From NCBI GenBank assembly GCA_947454955.1, contig CANGLW010000007.1:28915-92914 (forward strand): DNA of 64,000 bases. Reading direction: 5' to 3'. Below are positions 1-9,306 of this stretch, in pieces. The DNA comes from Comamonadaceae bacterium (GTDB taxonomy: Bacteria; Pseudomonadota; Gammaproteobacteria; Burkholderiales; Burkholderiaceae_C). The stretch's first letter is position 1. Each line of letters begins with the position of its first letter. The translations under genes were made by a program, and so were the position numbers. The notes beneath the pieces are model-generated. The model saw only the letters and a program-made list of their open reading frames with translations. It was not told where the DNA came from and did no database searches.

Positions 1-1
1 C

Positions 2-763
2 GAGGCCATGAACACCATGAACATGACCTTCTGGCGTGAGCTGGATGCGACCTTGGACGACTTACACCGCCACAACACGGCGCGCGTGTTGGTCATCTCC
101 AGCACTGGCAAACATTTCAGTGCGGGCATGTCACTTGAGGTGTTTGGTGGCGAGGTGGCCCTCAAGGACAACACCCCTGAAGCCCGTGCAGCCGTGGCCG
201 ATCAACTCAGCAGCTTGCAAGCCACTTTCACTCGTTTGGATGCATTGCGTATCCCGGTGATTGCGGCGCTGCATGGCGGCTGCATTGGCGGTGCGGTGGA
301 CCTGGTGAGTGCGGCCTGCATGCGCTTTGCCAGCGCCGACACCTTCTTTTGCATTCAAGAAATCAACATTGGCATGGTGGCCGACCTGGGCACCTTGCAA
401 CGCTTGCCCAAACTCATGCCCATGGCCTTGGTGAAAGAACTGGCCTACACGGGCAGGCGTTTGAATGCCCAGCGTGCTTTGGCACATGGCTTGGTCAACG
501 AGGTTTTGCCCGATGCGCAAGCTGCACTGGCCGCAGCCATGCAGTGTGCTGCCGAGATTGCAGCCAAGCCGCCGGTGGCGATTTGGGGCACCAAACAGGC
601 CTTGCATTACGCCCGCGACCACAGCGTGGACGACTCGCTCAAGCAAATGGGCTGGTTGCAAGGCGCGATTTGGAGCAACGACCATGTGCGCGAAGCCATC
701 ACCGCCTTCAAGACCAAGCGTGAGGCCCAATTCCCGCCACTGGACAACTTGAATGCTTTGTAA
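2..763 (+). CDS. enoyl-CoA hydratase/isomerase (crotonase) family protein, 5' partial
   Basis: The frame is open to the window edge, with no stop before the ATG at 8. Crotonase-like segments: VLVISSTGKHFSAGMSL and AALHGGCIGGAVDL. In typical family members these lie about 25 aa into the protein, so the true start is probably upstream of the window. Confidence 0.85.
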   Translation, partial: EAMNTMNMTFWRELDATLDDLHRHNTARVLVISSTGKHFSAGMSLEVFGGEVALKDNTPEARAAVADQLSSLQATFTRLDALRIPVIAALHGGCIGGAVDLVSAACMRFASADTFFCIQEINIGMVADLGTLQRLPKLMPMALVKELAYTGRRLNAQRALAHGLVNEVLPDAQAALAAAMQCAAEIAAKPPVAIWGTKQALHYARDHSVDDSLKQMGWLQGAIWSNDHVREAITAFKTKREAQFPPLDNLNAL

Positions 764-784
764 TTTGAACCCGAAGGAAGCGCC

Positions 785-1471
785 ATGATCTCCACCCGCT
801 TAGATGGCAAACGTGTGTTGCTCACGCAGTCGTGTGAGTTCATGGGGCCGGCTTTGCAGGAAACATTTGAAGCCTTGGGTGCCCATGTGATCGCCGATGA
901 GCGGGCTTTAGACCAAGACCCACACTTGCCACAAGCCTTGGTGGACGCAGCGGGCCAGGTGGATGTGCTCTTGTTGCACTTGGCCATTCCCGCGCCCAGC
1001 ACACCAGCGGCTGAGATCAGGGATGACGAATGGCGCCAGGTGTTTGCACATTTGGTCGACCCCATGCCTCGATTGGTGGCTGCGGTCTTGCCGCAAATGA
1101 TGGCACGCGGTTCAGGGCGCATTTTGTTGATGGGCAGTGCGGCCGCTTTGCGTGGGCAAAAGCGCACCGGCAGCTACAGCGCAGCGCGCGGGGCGCAATT
1201 GGCTTATGTGCAATCGGTCGGCCTGGAGCTGGCTGCCTACGGCATTCAACTCAATGCCATTGCGCAAAACTTTGTAGAGAATCCCACCTACTACGGGCCC
1301 GAGGTGCAAGCCAACCCGAGGTTTCAAGAGCGCCTCAAGCGCGATGTGCCCTTAGGCCGTTTGGTCAGCGCGCAAGAAGACGCGGCTTATGCCGCTTACC
1401 TGTGCAGTGATGCAGCAGCGTGCTTTGTGGGCCAGGTGTTTCCCATCAGTGGCGGTTGGGCCAGCCGCTGA
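785..1471 (+). CDS. SDR-like oxidoreductase, atypical
   Basis: 228-aa ORF with Rossmann/SDR-like layout. The glycine motif is degenerate (LLTQSCEFMGPAL) and YSAAR replaces YxxxK. GGAAG lies just upstream of the ATG. Confidence 0.65.
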   Translation: MISTRLDGKRVLLTQSCEFMGPALQETFEALGAHVIADERALDQDPHLPQALVDAAGQVDVLLLHLAIPAPSTPAAEIRDDEWRQVFAHLVDPMPRLVAAVLPQMMARGSGRILLMGSAAALRGQKRTGSYSAARGAQLAYVQSVGLELAAYGIQLNAIAQNFVENPTYYGPEVQANPRFQERLKRDVPLGRLVSAQEDAAYAAYLCSDAAACFVGQVFPISGGWASR

Positions 1472-1487
1472 ACCACCTCCAGTGTCC

Positions 1488-2246
1488 TTAGCCTCTGCCC
1501 ACAAAGGGCATGGCATTGGCCATGATGGTCATGTTGAGCATGTTCACATCCAGCGGCAGCTCGGCCATGTGGCGTACGGCTTGGGCCACGTGTTGCACAT
1601 CCATCATGGGTTCGGCCGCCACCGTGCCATTGGCCTGCAACACGCCCTTGGACATGCGCTGCGAGAGTTCAGTCAGCGCGTTGCCAATGTCAATTTGGCT
1701 CACTGAAATTTGGAAGGCACGGCCATCGAGCGACAGCGCCTTGGTCAGGCCGCTGACCGCGTGTTTGCTGGCGGTGTAGGGCGCAGAAAAAGGGCGGGGC
1801 GCGTGGGCCGAGATGGAGCCGTTGTTGATGATGCGCCCACCCTGTGGTGACTGACGCCGCATCAAAGCAAAAGCAGCACGTGCGCACAAAAACACACCGG
1901 TGAGATTGATGTTGATGACGCTCAGCCACTTCTCAACCGGCAACTCGTCGATGGGCACCGCAGGTGCGTTCACACCCGCATTGTTGAACAGCATGTCCAG
2001 ACGGCCATAGGTGGCTTCAATGCGGGCAAACAACGCTTCCACACTGGCCGGGTCAGCCACATCGGTGGGCACGGCCAAAGCGTGTTGACCTTTGGCCTTG
2101 GCTTCATCGGCCAGGGCTTGCAAGGGTTCTGCGCGGCGGCCCGCTAACACCACTGTCCAGCCATGCTGAAGAAGTTCCAAGGCCGTGGCTCGGCCGATAC
2201 CGCTGCCCGCGCCGGTGATCAAGGCAATTTTGGTGTGTTCAGACAT
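1488..2246 (-). CDS. SDR family NAD(P)-dependent oxidoreductase
   Basis: Classical [10 protein letters not shown] cofactor motif, NNAG, and the catalytic YTASK (YxxxK). Confidence 0.9.
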   Translation of the reverse strand: MSEHTKIALITGAGSGIGRATALELLQHGWTVVLAGRRAEPLQALADEAKAKGQHALAVPTDVADPASVEALFARIEATYGRLDMLFNNAGVNAPAVPIDELPVEKWLSVININLTGVFLCARAAFALMRRQSPQGGRIINNGSISAHAPRPFSAPYTASKHAVSGLTKALSLDGRAFQISVSQIDIGNALTELSQRMSKGVLQANGTVAAEPMMDVQHVAQAVRHMAELPLDVNMLNMTIMANAMPFVGRG

Positions 2247-2314
2247 TCAATCTCCTTTTTTATTTCTGGTACATCATAGGCATGTTGATCAAACATTTGA
2301 TGAGGGGACAACAG

Positions 2315-3316
2315 ATGAACAAAACAATTCAAGCCATGCTGGCTTATGCCATGGCCATGCTGTGCTGGTTGCCTGCGGCGTCAGGCGCACAAACCATTGT
2401 GGACGCCGCCTACGTGCAAGCGGCCTTGCAGCGTGGTGTGCAGGTGTGGGACGTGCGCGATGCCAGTGATTACGCCAAGGGCCACCTGCCGGGGGCGTTG
2501 AGCTTGGGGGATGCAGCCAAGCTGCTGCGTGACCCTAACACCGAGGACTTCATGCCTATTCCCCGTTTGGAAGCCATGCTGGGTGCCGCAGGCATCGACC
2601 CCGCACGCGAGACGGTGGTGTACGGATCACGCGGCACCTGGAACGCTTACTTTGGCCGCTACACCCTGCGCTATTTCGGTGGCGATAAGGTCACTGTGTT
2701 TCACGATGGCATCGAGGCTTGGCAAGCAGCGGGCTTGCCGGTGTCCAACAGTGCAGCCCACAATAGCACGGTGCAGCTCAAGCTCGTGCCTCACCCGTCT
2801 GTGGCTGTCACCACCGCTGAGGTGATTCGTCAGCTCAACAACCCATCGGTGCAACTCATCGATGCGCGCACGCCCAAAGAGTTCGCGGGCGAAGACATCC
2901 GTGCCTTGCGGGGTGGCCACATTCCTGGTGCCATCAACATTCCTTACGAGCAAAACTGGATCGACCCGGACACCCAGCTCAAGCTGGCCCAAAAGAAAGT
3001 GAACGACACCAGCGGCATGGCACTGAAAACCAACGCTGAACTCAAAGCCATCTACGCCAAGCTTGACCCCGAGAAAGAAACAGTGGTGTATTGCCAGTCA
3101 GGCGTGCGTGCATCTGAAACAGCAGGGGTGCTTGAACAGCTGGGTTTCAAGAAGGTGCGTGTGTATGACTCGTCATGGTTGGGCTATGGCAACCAACTCG
3201 ATGCCCCTGCCAACAATGCCACTGTGTTCAATGTGGGTGCCCTCAACGGCCGCATGGCCGCCTTGCAGTCGCGCATCGACATGCTAGAGAAGGAATTGGC
3301 ATCTGCCAAGAAGTAA
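2315..3316 (+). CDS. secreted tandem-rhodanese sulfurtransferase
   Basis: Signal peptide (LCWLPAASGAQT), two rhodanese-like halves, and the active-site loop YCQSGVRAS. GAGGGGA lies 6 nt before the ATG at 2315; the ORF-track start at 2282 is probably too early. The C-terminal tail is coiled-coil-like. Confidence 0.8.
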   Translation: MNKTIQAMLAYAMAMLCWLPAASGAQTIVDAAYVQAALQRGVQVWDVRDASDYAKGHLPGALSLGDAAKLLRDPNTEDFMPIPRLEAMLGAAGIDPARETVVYGSRGTWNAYFGRYTLRYFGGDKVTVFHDGIEAWQAAGLPVSNSAAHNSTVQLKLVPHPSVAVTTAEVIRQLNNPSVQLIDARTPKEFAGEDIRALRGGHIPGAINIPYEQNWIDPDTQLKLAQKKVNDTSGMALKTNAELKAIYAKLDPEKETVVYCQSGVRASETAGVLEQLGFKKVRVYDSSWLGYGNQLDAPANNATVFNVGALNGRMAALQSRIDMLEKELASAKK

Positions 3317-3373
3317 GCAGCTTCAACCTGGTGCTGGCGATTTGACGAACGCGCCAGTACAGGCATGAAAAAA

Positions 3374-3398
3374 GCACCGAGATCATCGGTGCTTTTTT
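3374..3398 (+). terminator. rho-independent terminator (potentially bidirectional, A-run upstream)
   Basis: GCACCGA-gatca-TCGGTGC stem-loop followed by TTTTTT, downstream of the rhodanese gene. Confidence 0.6.
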
Positions 3399-3401
3399 GT
3401 T

Positions 3402-3477
3402 TGGCTCCTCAACCTGGGCTCGAACCAGGGACCTACGGATTAACAGTCCGGCGCTCTACCGACTGAGCTATTGAGGA
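3402..3477 (-). tRNA. tRNA-Asn (GTT)
   Basis: The reverse complement reads TCCTCAATAGCTCAGTCGGTAGAGCGCCGGACTGTTAATCCGTAGGTCCCTGGTTCGAGCCCAGGTTGAGGAGCCA. It is 76 nt, folds as a cloverleaf, has anticodon loop CT-GTT-AA, and encodes the CCA end. Confidence 0.95.
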
Positions 3478-3655
3478 AGATATTCGGTCAACAAAACATA
3501 GCTAGGCGCTGTTTTGCAAGACTCACATTGTAGCAAAAAAAACAGCGGTTTTAGCCGGCTCTGAATTTTCTGTCATGGGCCTGGCCACGCCCGTGTTTCC
3601 CTCTCGAGAGGCGCTCTCGTGGGTGGCTACCTTAGGTCGCAATCTAGTACCGATT

Positions 3656-4648
3656 TCAGTCAGCCTTGAAACCGGTGGCTGCCACGGCCTTGCCCCAGGT
3701 TACCGTGTCAGCCGCGATGATGCGCGCAAACTCTTCACGGCTCGTGCCGGTGACCTTGAAACCAGCTTCTTCGAGCTTGGCCTTGGTCTCGGGCGCGTTC
3801 ACGGCTTTTTGCACATCCGCACTGAGCTTGGCCAAGATGTCAGCGGGCACTTTGCTGGGCGTCACAATGCCAAACCACGATGAGAACTCCAGGTTGTTGT
3901 AACCCTGTTCTTTGATGGTTGGCACATCAGGCAGGGCCAGGGTGCGGGTGGCGCCGGTGCTACCTAGCGCGAACAGCTTACCCGCTTTCACATTGGGTGC
4001 GGCCAGTCCCACGCTGGCAAACACGCCTTGCACATCGCCGCTGAACAAGCCACCCAAAGCATCAGCGGTGGACTTGTAATGCACCGCCTCAGGTTTGATT
4101 TTGATGGTGTCACCAAACATGAAGGCGCCGTAGTGCCCCGGTGTGCCCGCGCCAAAGGTGGCCATGAACAGACCATTTTGTTTTTGCGACCATGCCACAA
4201 AGTCTTTCACATTGCGTGCGGGCACTTTGTTGGGGTTGACGAGCAACACAAAGTCGGCGCTGACCACTTGGCTCACCGCCGCGAAGTCTTTGGCTGGGTC
4301 GTAGGGCAGTTTGTTGTAGCTGCTTGGGGCAATGCTGAGTTGCCCGGTCTCGCCCAGCATCAAGGTGTAGCCATCTGCGGGTGCGCGGGCGGCTTCGGTC
4401 GCGGCAATCAGGCCACCAGCGCCAGGTTTGTTGTCCACAATCATGCCGGTGTTGTTCCAACCCTCAGAGAGTTTTTGTGCCAGCAAGCGCGCCACAATGT
4501 CTGGCCCGGTGCCCGCAGGAAAGCCCACGATGATGCGCACAGGGCGGTTGGGGTAAGCGCCTTGTGCGAAAGCCGATACGCTCATGACGGTAGCCAGGCA
4601 GGCTGCGCCCAACAGGGCAAGGCGGCGGGTGAGGGTGGTTGCTTTCAA
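3656..4648 (-). CDS. Bug-family tripartite tricarboxylate transporter substrate-binding protein (TctC-like)
   Basis: Signal peptide followed by the family-typical YPNRPVRIIVGFPAGTGPDIVARLLAQKL. Length of 330 aa fits the family. Confidence 0.9.
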   Translation of the reverse strand: MKATTLTRRLALLGAACLATVMSVSAFAQGAYPNRPVRIIVGFPAGTGPDIVARLLAQKLSEGWNNTGMIVDNKPGAGGLIAATEAARAPADGYTLMLGETGQLSIAPSSYNKLPYDPAKDFAAVSQVVSADFVLLVNPNKVPARNVKDFVAWSQKQNGLFMATFGAGTPGHYGAFMFGDTIKIKPEAVHYKSTADALGGLFSGDVQGVFASVGLAAPNVKAGKLFALGSTGATRTLALPDVPTIKEQGYNNLEFSSWFGIVTPSKVPADILAKLSADVQKAVNAPETKAKLEEAGFKVTGTSREEFARIIAADTVTWGKAVAATGFKAD

Positions 4649-4663
4649 AAGAGTCTCCTTGTT

Positions 4664-5131
4664 TTACAAAACTTCAAACATGCGCATGATGACGCGATCG
4701 GGCTGGCGCGCACCGGTGCCGATGAAGAGCCGCTCGCTGATCCACGACAGGGCTTTGGACGCGGTTTCGAACTGCGGCGTGCAGCGAAAGTAAACTTGCG
4801 CGGGGTCCACGGTTTCGCCGCGGATCAAACGCGCCATCACCTCGGGGGACGCGGTACGCACCGCGCGGTTTTGCACAAAAATCAAATCACCGCCGTCTGT
4901 CTCCAGCACATAGCGGGCATCCAATTCGGCCAGGCCCGCGTTGACGATGAGCTGAAAATCAGCGCCACCAGGCAGCACCTTGGCCGTCCAGCCCTGGCCC
5001 TGAACTTCACCGCCCAAAATAGGAATCACACGCCGCTGACCGTGAATCGCCAAGCCCACTTCCTGGGGCTTGTCCACGCGCACGGTCAGGTCGGCAAACA
5101 GCTTGAGTTCGGGGGTAGGAAGCGTGTTCAT
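4664..5131 (-). CDS. DUF3237 (UPF0311) family protein
   Basis: 155 aa. Segments such as RRVIPILGGEVQG...GGADFQ and the size match my memory of DUF3237. It sits 15 nt upstream of the Bug gene on the same strand. Confidence 0.7.
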   Translation of the reverse strand: MNTLPTPELKLFADLTVRVDKPQEVGLAIHGQRRVIPILGGEVQGQGWTAKVLPGGADFQLIVNAGLAELDARYVLETDGGDLIFVQNRAVRTASPEVMARLIRGETVDPAQVYFRCTPQFETASKALSWISERLFIGTGARQPDRVIMRMFEVL

Positions 5132-5168
5132 GACGCTGAATTATGCTGAATTCGAAAAGCCGTCAATT

Positions 5169-5678
5169 TCACTTTTTCTTGGCCATACCTTCAGCTGAAC
5201 AAGGGTTCTCGGTGGAGCACTTATCGCCAATCACCCCAACGGCTTGAATTTCAATTTCAATGCCTGGACGTGCAAAGTTGGTGACCGTGATCAGCGCGCT
5301 GCCAGGGTAATTACCGTTTTGGAAAAAGTCTTTACGCATTTCCACAAAGCGGTCGCCGTAGCGAGATTCTTTGATGAAGACGGTCATGGTCACGATATTG
5401 GCTAAGCTGCCACCTGCACGGCGCATGACCTGGTCAATTTGGGAAACAACTTGCTTGGTCTGCGCTTCGAAGTTATTGGAAATGTCTTTGCCTTCGTTGT
5501 CGCGCGTGGCGGTTTGGCCTGCCACCCAAACGGTTTTACCGCCCTCGGTGATCACGCCGGGAGAAAATGCACGTGAGAGCTGAAAAGGTGTTTTTTCCAT
5601 GTATTCCGCAGCTTGTGCTGAAGACATCACCAGGCCCAGTGACATAGCCACAAGAATCGCCGAGACAAATTTGTTCAT
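5169..5678 (-). CDS. RidA/YjgF-family protein with N-terminal signal peptide
   Basis: The start is refined to MNKFVSAILVAMSLGLVMSSAQA (ATG at 5676-5678, GGAGAG RBS upstream). The YjgF-like core includes VWVAGQTA...FIKE...PGSALITV. The 321-aa track ORF is an upstream over-extension. Confidence 0.8.
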   Translation of the reverse strand: MNKFVSAILVAMSLGLVMSSAQAAEYMEKTPFQLSRAFSPGVITEGGKTVWVAGQTATRDNEGKDISNNFEAQTKQVVSQIDQVMRRAGGSLANIVTMTVFIKESRYGDRFVEMRKDFFQNGNYPGSALITVTNFARPGIEIEIQAVGVIGDKCSTENPCSAEGMAKKK

Positions 5679-5837
5679 AAAGCTCTCCGATGCAACCATG
5701 GTCAAAATCAACCACAAAACCATTGTGCCCCGTTGTGAGACGCTGCTCTCTAGGTCGAAAGGGCTGGTTCCTGCGGATTGACGGTTGCAGGACTCACGAT
5801 TAAGCTGAATTTCAAAATTTCTAACTGGAGACAAGCC

Positions 5838-6224
5838 ATGAAAACCCAACACATCCTCATCACCCTGGCAGCTTTGGTCTCTGTGCCTTTGTTGGCGCAG
5901 CAGGCTGGCTTCACGCGTGTGGGCTTGCAAACGCAAGACCTGAGCACGCCCGGCAAAGTGGCGGTGCAGGCGCGCGCAGAGTTTGACCCTGGTGTGGCCG
6001 CGGGCCGACACACCCACCCGGGTGAAGAGCTGGGCTATGTGCTTGAAGGCCAGCTGGAACTGCGCATTGACGGTCAGCCACCCAAGATCATCAAAGCGGG
6101 TGAAACCTTCTTTGTGCCTGAGGGCATCGTGCACGACGGCATCAACACCGGCACAGGCAAAGCCAAAGTGCTGGCGACTTATGTGGTGGAAAAAGGCAAG
6201 CCTGTGGCCACACCGGTGAAGTGA
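5838..6224 (+). CDS. secreted cupin-domain protein
   Basis: ATG at 5838 is preceded by GGAG. Signal peptide MKTQHILITLAALVSVPLLAQQ. Cupin motif: GRHTHPGEELGYVLEG ... G..HDG.N. Confidence 0.75.
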   Translation: MKTQHILITLAALVSVPLLAQQAGFTRVGLQTQDLSTPGKVAVQARAEFDPGVAAGRHTHPGEELGYVLEGQLELRIDGQPPKIIKAGETFFVPEGIVHDGINTGTGKAKVLATYVVEKGKPVATPVK

Positions 6225-6225
6225 T

Positions 6226-7149
6226 TCACCGGGCCATGCGTGCTATCAAATGCCTAGCGGTGGCCTCAGGGTTGTTGCTGGTGATGAGCTGACGCACCAT
6301 GGCCACCGAGCCTACACCGCTGGCCAGCACCTCGGGCAGTCGGGCCTCATCCACACCACCAATGCCCACCAAGGGGTAGTAGCGCATCAGCGCTGCATAA
6401 CGCTTCAAGCGGCCCGGGCCTTGCGGCGCGGTGGCCATGCGTTTGAGGGTGGTGGGGTAAATGGCGCCCAGGGCCAAGTAGCTCGGGCTGTGGGCATCGG
6501 CCTTGAGCATCTCGGCATAACCGTGGGTGCTCAAACCCAAACGCAGGCCTGATTCGCGGATGGTTTGAAGGGGTGCATCGGCCATGTCTTCTTGCCCCAG
6601 GTGCACACCATAAGCGCCGGCGCGAATGGCGGCTTGCCAATGGTCGTTGATGAACAAGAGGGCGCCTGTGCCTTGCACGGCTTGCACTGCGGCTTGAACC
6701 TCGTTCTCAATGGCTTGTGGGTCGTCTGACTTGAAACGCAATTGCACCGTGGGCACACCAGAGCGCGCCATGCGACCGCACCAAGCCGCGTCGGGCAAGA
6801 CCGCGTACAAACCCAATTCGGGGCAAGACGCAAATGCATTGGCGCGTGGTTGTGGGCTGATGCCAAAGTCTTGTGGGTTCGTCGGCCAATCGGTGGTGAA
6901 CTCACCTGAGCGCAGTGTTTGTGCCTGCCAGGCCAGGGCCACCACTTGGGCATCTGGCTCAATGAAACCCAAAGCCAATGCAGCCACTTTGGCGGCACGG
7001 TAAGCCAAGCTGTCGTGCGTGAACACCCAAGCAGGCTGGGCAGGCAGGGGCAGCGCCACATCGGGGTGCTGTTCAACGATGGCCAGCGCGGCTGCTTGGA
7101 CGTCTGCGGCTTGCGTGGAGGCACGCACCCAATCTTGTGGCGTGGTCAT
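6226..7149 (-). CDS. thiE: thiamine-phosphate synthase with ~100-aa N-terminal extension
   Basis: The C-terminal ~200 aa is ThiE-like (LYAVLPD...VQLRFK...LFINDHW...GVHLGQED...GLSTH...YLALG.IYPT). It is the last gene of thiO-S-G-E. Confidence 0.85.
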   Translation of the reverse strand: MTTPQDWVRASTQAADVQAAALAIVEQHPDVALPLPAQPAWVFTHDSLAYRAAKVAALALGFIEPDAQVVALAWQAQTLRSGEFTTDWPTNPQDFGISPQPRANAFASCPELGLYAVLPDAAWCGRMARSGVPTVQLRFKSDDPQAIENEVQAAVQAVQGTGALLFINDHWQAAIRAGAYGVHLGQEDMADAPLQTIRESGLRLGLSTHGYAEMLKADAHSPSYLALGAIYPTTLKRMATAPQGPGRLKRYAALMRYYPLVGIGGVDEARLPEVLASGVGSVAMVRQLITSNNPEATARHLIARMAR

Positions 7150-7155
7150 GAATGT

Positions 7156-7962
7156 TCAGGCGTGGTGCCAAAAGGGCGTGCCCAACACGGGCGTGCTGGG
7201 TTGCGCGGCGTCTTGTTCCACCATGGCACCGCTCAAAAATGCATCGCGCCCGGCTTGTGTGGCTGCTGCAAAAGCGCCAGCCATGGCCACCGGGTTTTGC
7301 GACAAGGCCACCGCGGTGTTGAGCAGCACACCATCAAAGCCCCATTCCATCACCTGGCAAGCGTGGCTGGGCAAGCCCAGGCCTGCGTCCACAATCATGG
7401 GCACGCTCAGGCGTTCACGCAGCACGCGCAGCGCGTAGGGGTTGATGGGGCCTTTGCCCGTGCCAATTGGCGCTGCCCAAGGCATCACGGCTTGGCAACC
7501 CACATCCACCAAGCGCTGGCACAGCACCAGGTCTTCGGTGCAGTAGGGCAGCACTTTGAAACCATTTTTGATGAGCCAATCTGCGGCCTCTACCAGGTTC
7601 AAGGTGTCGGGTTGCAGGGTGTAGTCGTCGCCAATCAACTCCAGTTTTACCCAGGGCGTGTCAAACACCTCACGCGCCATTTGCGCGGTGGTCAGCGCCT
7701 CTTGAATGCTGTGACACCCTGCGGTGTTGGGCAGCACCGGCACTTGCAACTCGCGCAGCATCTCCCAAAAGGTGTTGGTGCTCTCATCCGGGTTGGCGGT
7801 TTGGCGGCGCAGCGATGCGGTGAGCATGCCGGGCTTGGCCAGTTGCACCGCGTCTTTGAGGGTTTTGGGCGAGGGGTAACGCGCGGTGCCCAGCAGCAAA
7901 CGGCTCTGAAAAGTTTCGCCGTAAAGCACCAGCGCGTCTTGGGGCGTGGTTGATGTTGTCAT
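7156..7962 (-). CDS. thiG: thiazole synthase
   Basis: ThiG-like LLLGTARYPSP, NTAGC, KLELIGD and VMPWAAPIGTG segments. 268 aa. Confidence 0.95.
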   Translation of the reverse strand: MTTSTTPQDALVLYGETFQSRLLLGTARYPSPKTLKDAVQLAKPGMLTASLRRQTANPDESTNTFWEMLRELQVPVLPNTAGCHSIQEALTTAQMAREVFDTPWVKLELIGDDYTLQPDTLNLVEAADWLIKNGFKVLPYCTEDLVLCQRLVDVGCQAVMPWAAPIGTGKGPINPYALRVLRERLSVPMIVDAGLGLPSHACQVMEWGFDGVLLNTAVALSQNPVAMAGAFAAATQAGRDAFLSGAMVEQDAAQPSTPVLGTPFWHHA

Positions 7963-7965
7963 AGG

Positions 7966-8172
7966 TCAGCCGCCAGTCACAGGAAAGATCACTTCCACCT
8001 CGTCGTCGGGCGACAGGGTGTGGGTGGCATAAGCGGTTTTGGGCACGAATTGCGTGTTCACAGCGGCGGCAAAAGGGGGCTTGGCGTTGATAGCTTGAAC
8101 CGCATCGGCCAAGGTAGCGCCGTGGGGCAACTCAATTTTCTTCTTGTTCACAAACACTTGCATAAGCCGCAA
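7966..8172 (-). CDS. thiS: sulfur-carrier protein ThiS
   Basis: 68 aa, ubiquitin-like, ends in VTGG. Located immediately upstream of thiG. Confidence 0.85.
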   Translation of the reverse strand: MRLMQVFVNKKKIELPHGATLADAVQAINAKPPFAAAVNTQFVPKTAYATHTLSPDDEVEVIFPVTGG

Positions 8173-8184
8173 CCTTACACCAAC

Positions 8185-9261
8185 TCAGCTTGTGCTCAGG
8201 CTGAAACGCTGGGCCAGGGGGGATGTGCCTTGGTTCAGTACGTCCAGCGCCACATCCAGCAAGGCCGGCGAGATCATGAAGCCATGCCGGTACAGGCCGT
8301 TGATTTGCAAGACCCGGGGCGAGAGCAAACGAACCACTGGCAGGTTGTCGGGCAGGGTGGGGCGGGCCTGCGTGGCGATCTCGATGATGCGCCCCTCACC
8401 AAAACCGGGGTGCACCGAATACGCCGCGCTCAGTAGCTCCAAGGTGGAGCGCACGCTGGGCGGCGAGGTGTCGTTACTCTCAATCTCGGTCGCACCAATC
8501 ACAAACAGGTGATCGGGCTTGGGCGCGATGTAGATGGGGTAACGTGGGTGAATCAGGCGTGTGGGGCGGCTCAAATGCACATCGGGCGCGTGGATGCGCG
8601 CCACCTCGCCACGGATGCCACGCAGGGGCAAGCTGCCTTTGGCACCCAGACCTCGGCAGTCCACCACCCAGTCAGGCTCACCCGCTTTTCCGGGGTTGAA
8701 GTCTTCAGGCGCTTTGGCAGTTTGCCAATGCAGTGGCACATTCAGACGTTGCAGTTCATGCAAGAGCGCCGCCATGAGTTCGCGGTTGTCCAATTGCCCT
8801 TCACCAGGCAGGTACAGGCCCTGGGCAAACCGCGTTTCTAAACTGGGCTCCAGCGCTTGCACACCGGCCATGTCCAGGTTTTGCGGCTGCGGCAAGGCCG
8901 GGTTGCTGGCATGGGTGGCGTGCATGATGCGGCCAAAGCGCTGAGCCTCGGCCGCGTCTTGGCGGTGCCACAAAATCAAGGTGCCCATCTGTTGGAAGAA
9001 CACCGGTTGCTCTAATTGTTGTAGCAACTCAGGCCAGCGTGTCAAGGCGTAGCGGCCCATTTCCACCACAGGCGGCTCGGTGATGGCGGACTCGGCCAAA
9101 GGGGCCAACATGGCGGCAGCCACCCGCGCAGGTGAGCTTTGCGCATCAGCACCACCGGCTTCGTACACCGAGACCTGCCAGCCCGCACGCGCCAACTGCC
9201 AGGCCATCAAACGGCCCATGATGCCGGCGCCCAACACAGCAACCGAAGGTTTCAAAGACAT
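8185..9261 (-). CDS. thiO: FAD-dependent glycine oxidase
   Basis: The start is refined to MSLKPSVAVLGAGIMGRLMAW (GxGxxG dinucleotide fold; ATG at 9259-9261). It lies directly upstream of thiS. The 631-aa track ORF runs on antisense through thiD. Confidence 0.85.
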   Translation of the reverse strand: MSLKPSVAVLGAGIMGRLMAWQLARAGWQVSVYEAGGADAQSSPARVAAAMLAPLAESAITEPPVVEMGRYALTRWPELLQQLEQPVFFQQMGTLILWHRQDAAEAQRFGRIMHATHASNPALPQPQNLDMAGVQALEPSLETRFAQGLYLPGEGQLDNRELMAALLHELQRLNVPLHWQTAKAPEDFNPGKAGEPDWVVDCRGLGAKGSLPLRGIRGEVARIHAPDVHLSRPTRLIHPRYPIYIAPKPDHLFVIGATEIESNDTSPPSVRSTLELLSAAYSVHPGFGEGRIIEIATQARPTLPDNLPVVRLLSPRVLQINGLYRHGFMISPALLDVALDVLNQGTSPLAQRFSLSTS

Positions 9262-9306
9262 AGGGGCAACACAGGCTTGTCGCCCAGGTACGAGATAATT
9301 TTGATC

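Noticed and set aside
5679-6134. N-terminal 152 aa of the 321-aa minus-strand ORF preceding the RidA-family gene
   Set aside because: This part is arginine- and histidine-rich with no domain signature, and it overlaps the plus-strand cupin gene. A good RBS and a signal peptide appear at the internal ATG (5676-5678), so the upstream part is treated as non-coding.
9262-9306. Search for a TPP riboswitch in front of the thiamine operons
   Set aside because: The thiO-thiD divergent spacer is only 45 nt, too short for a THI element of about 100 nt. It also lacks the CUGAGA and ACCUGA...GGAUAAUGCC-type conserved segments. A CTGAGA at about 23936 upstream of hrpA has none of the other THI-box features. 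No TPP riboswitch is called in this window.
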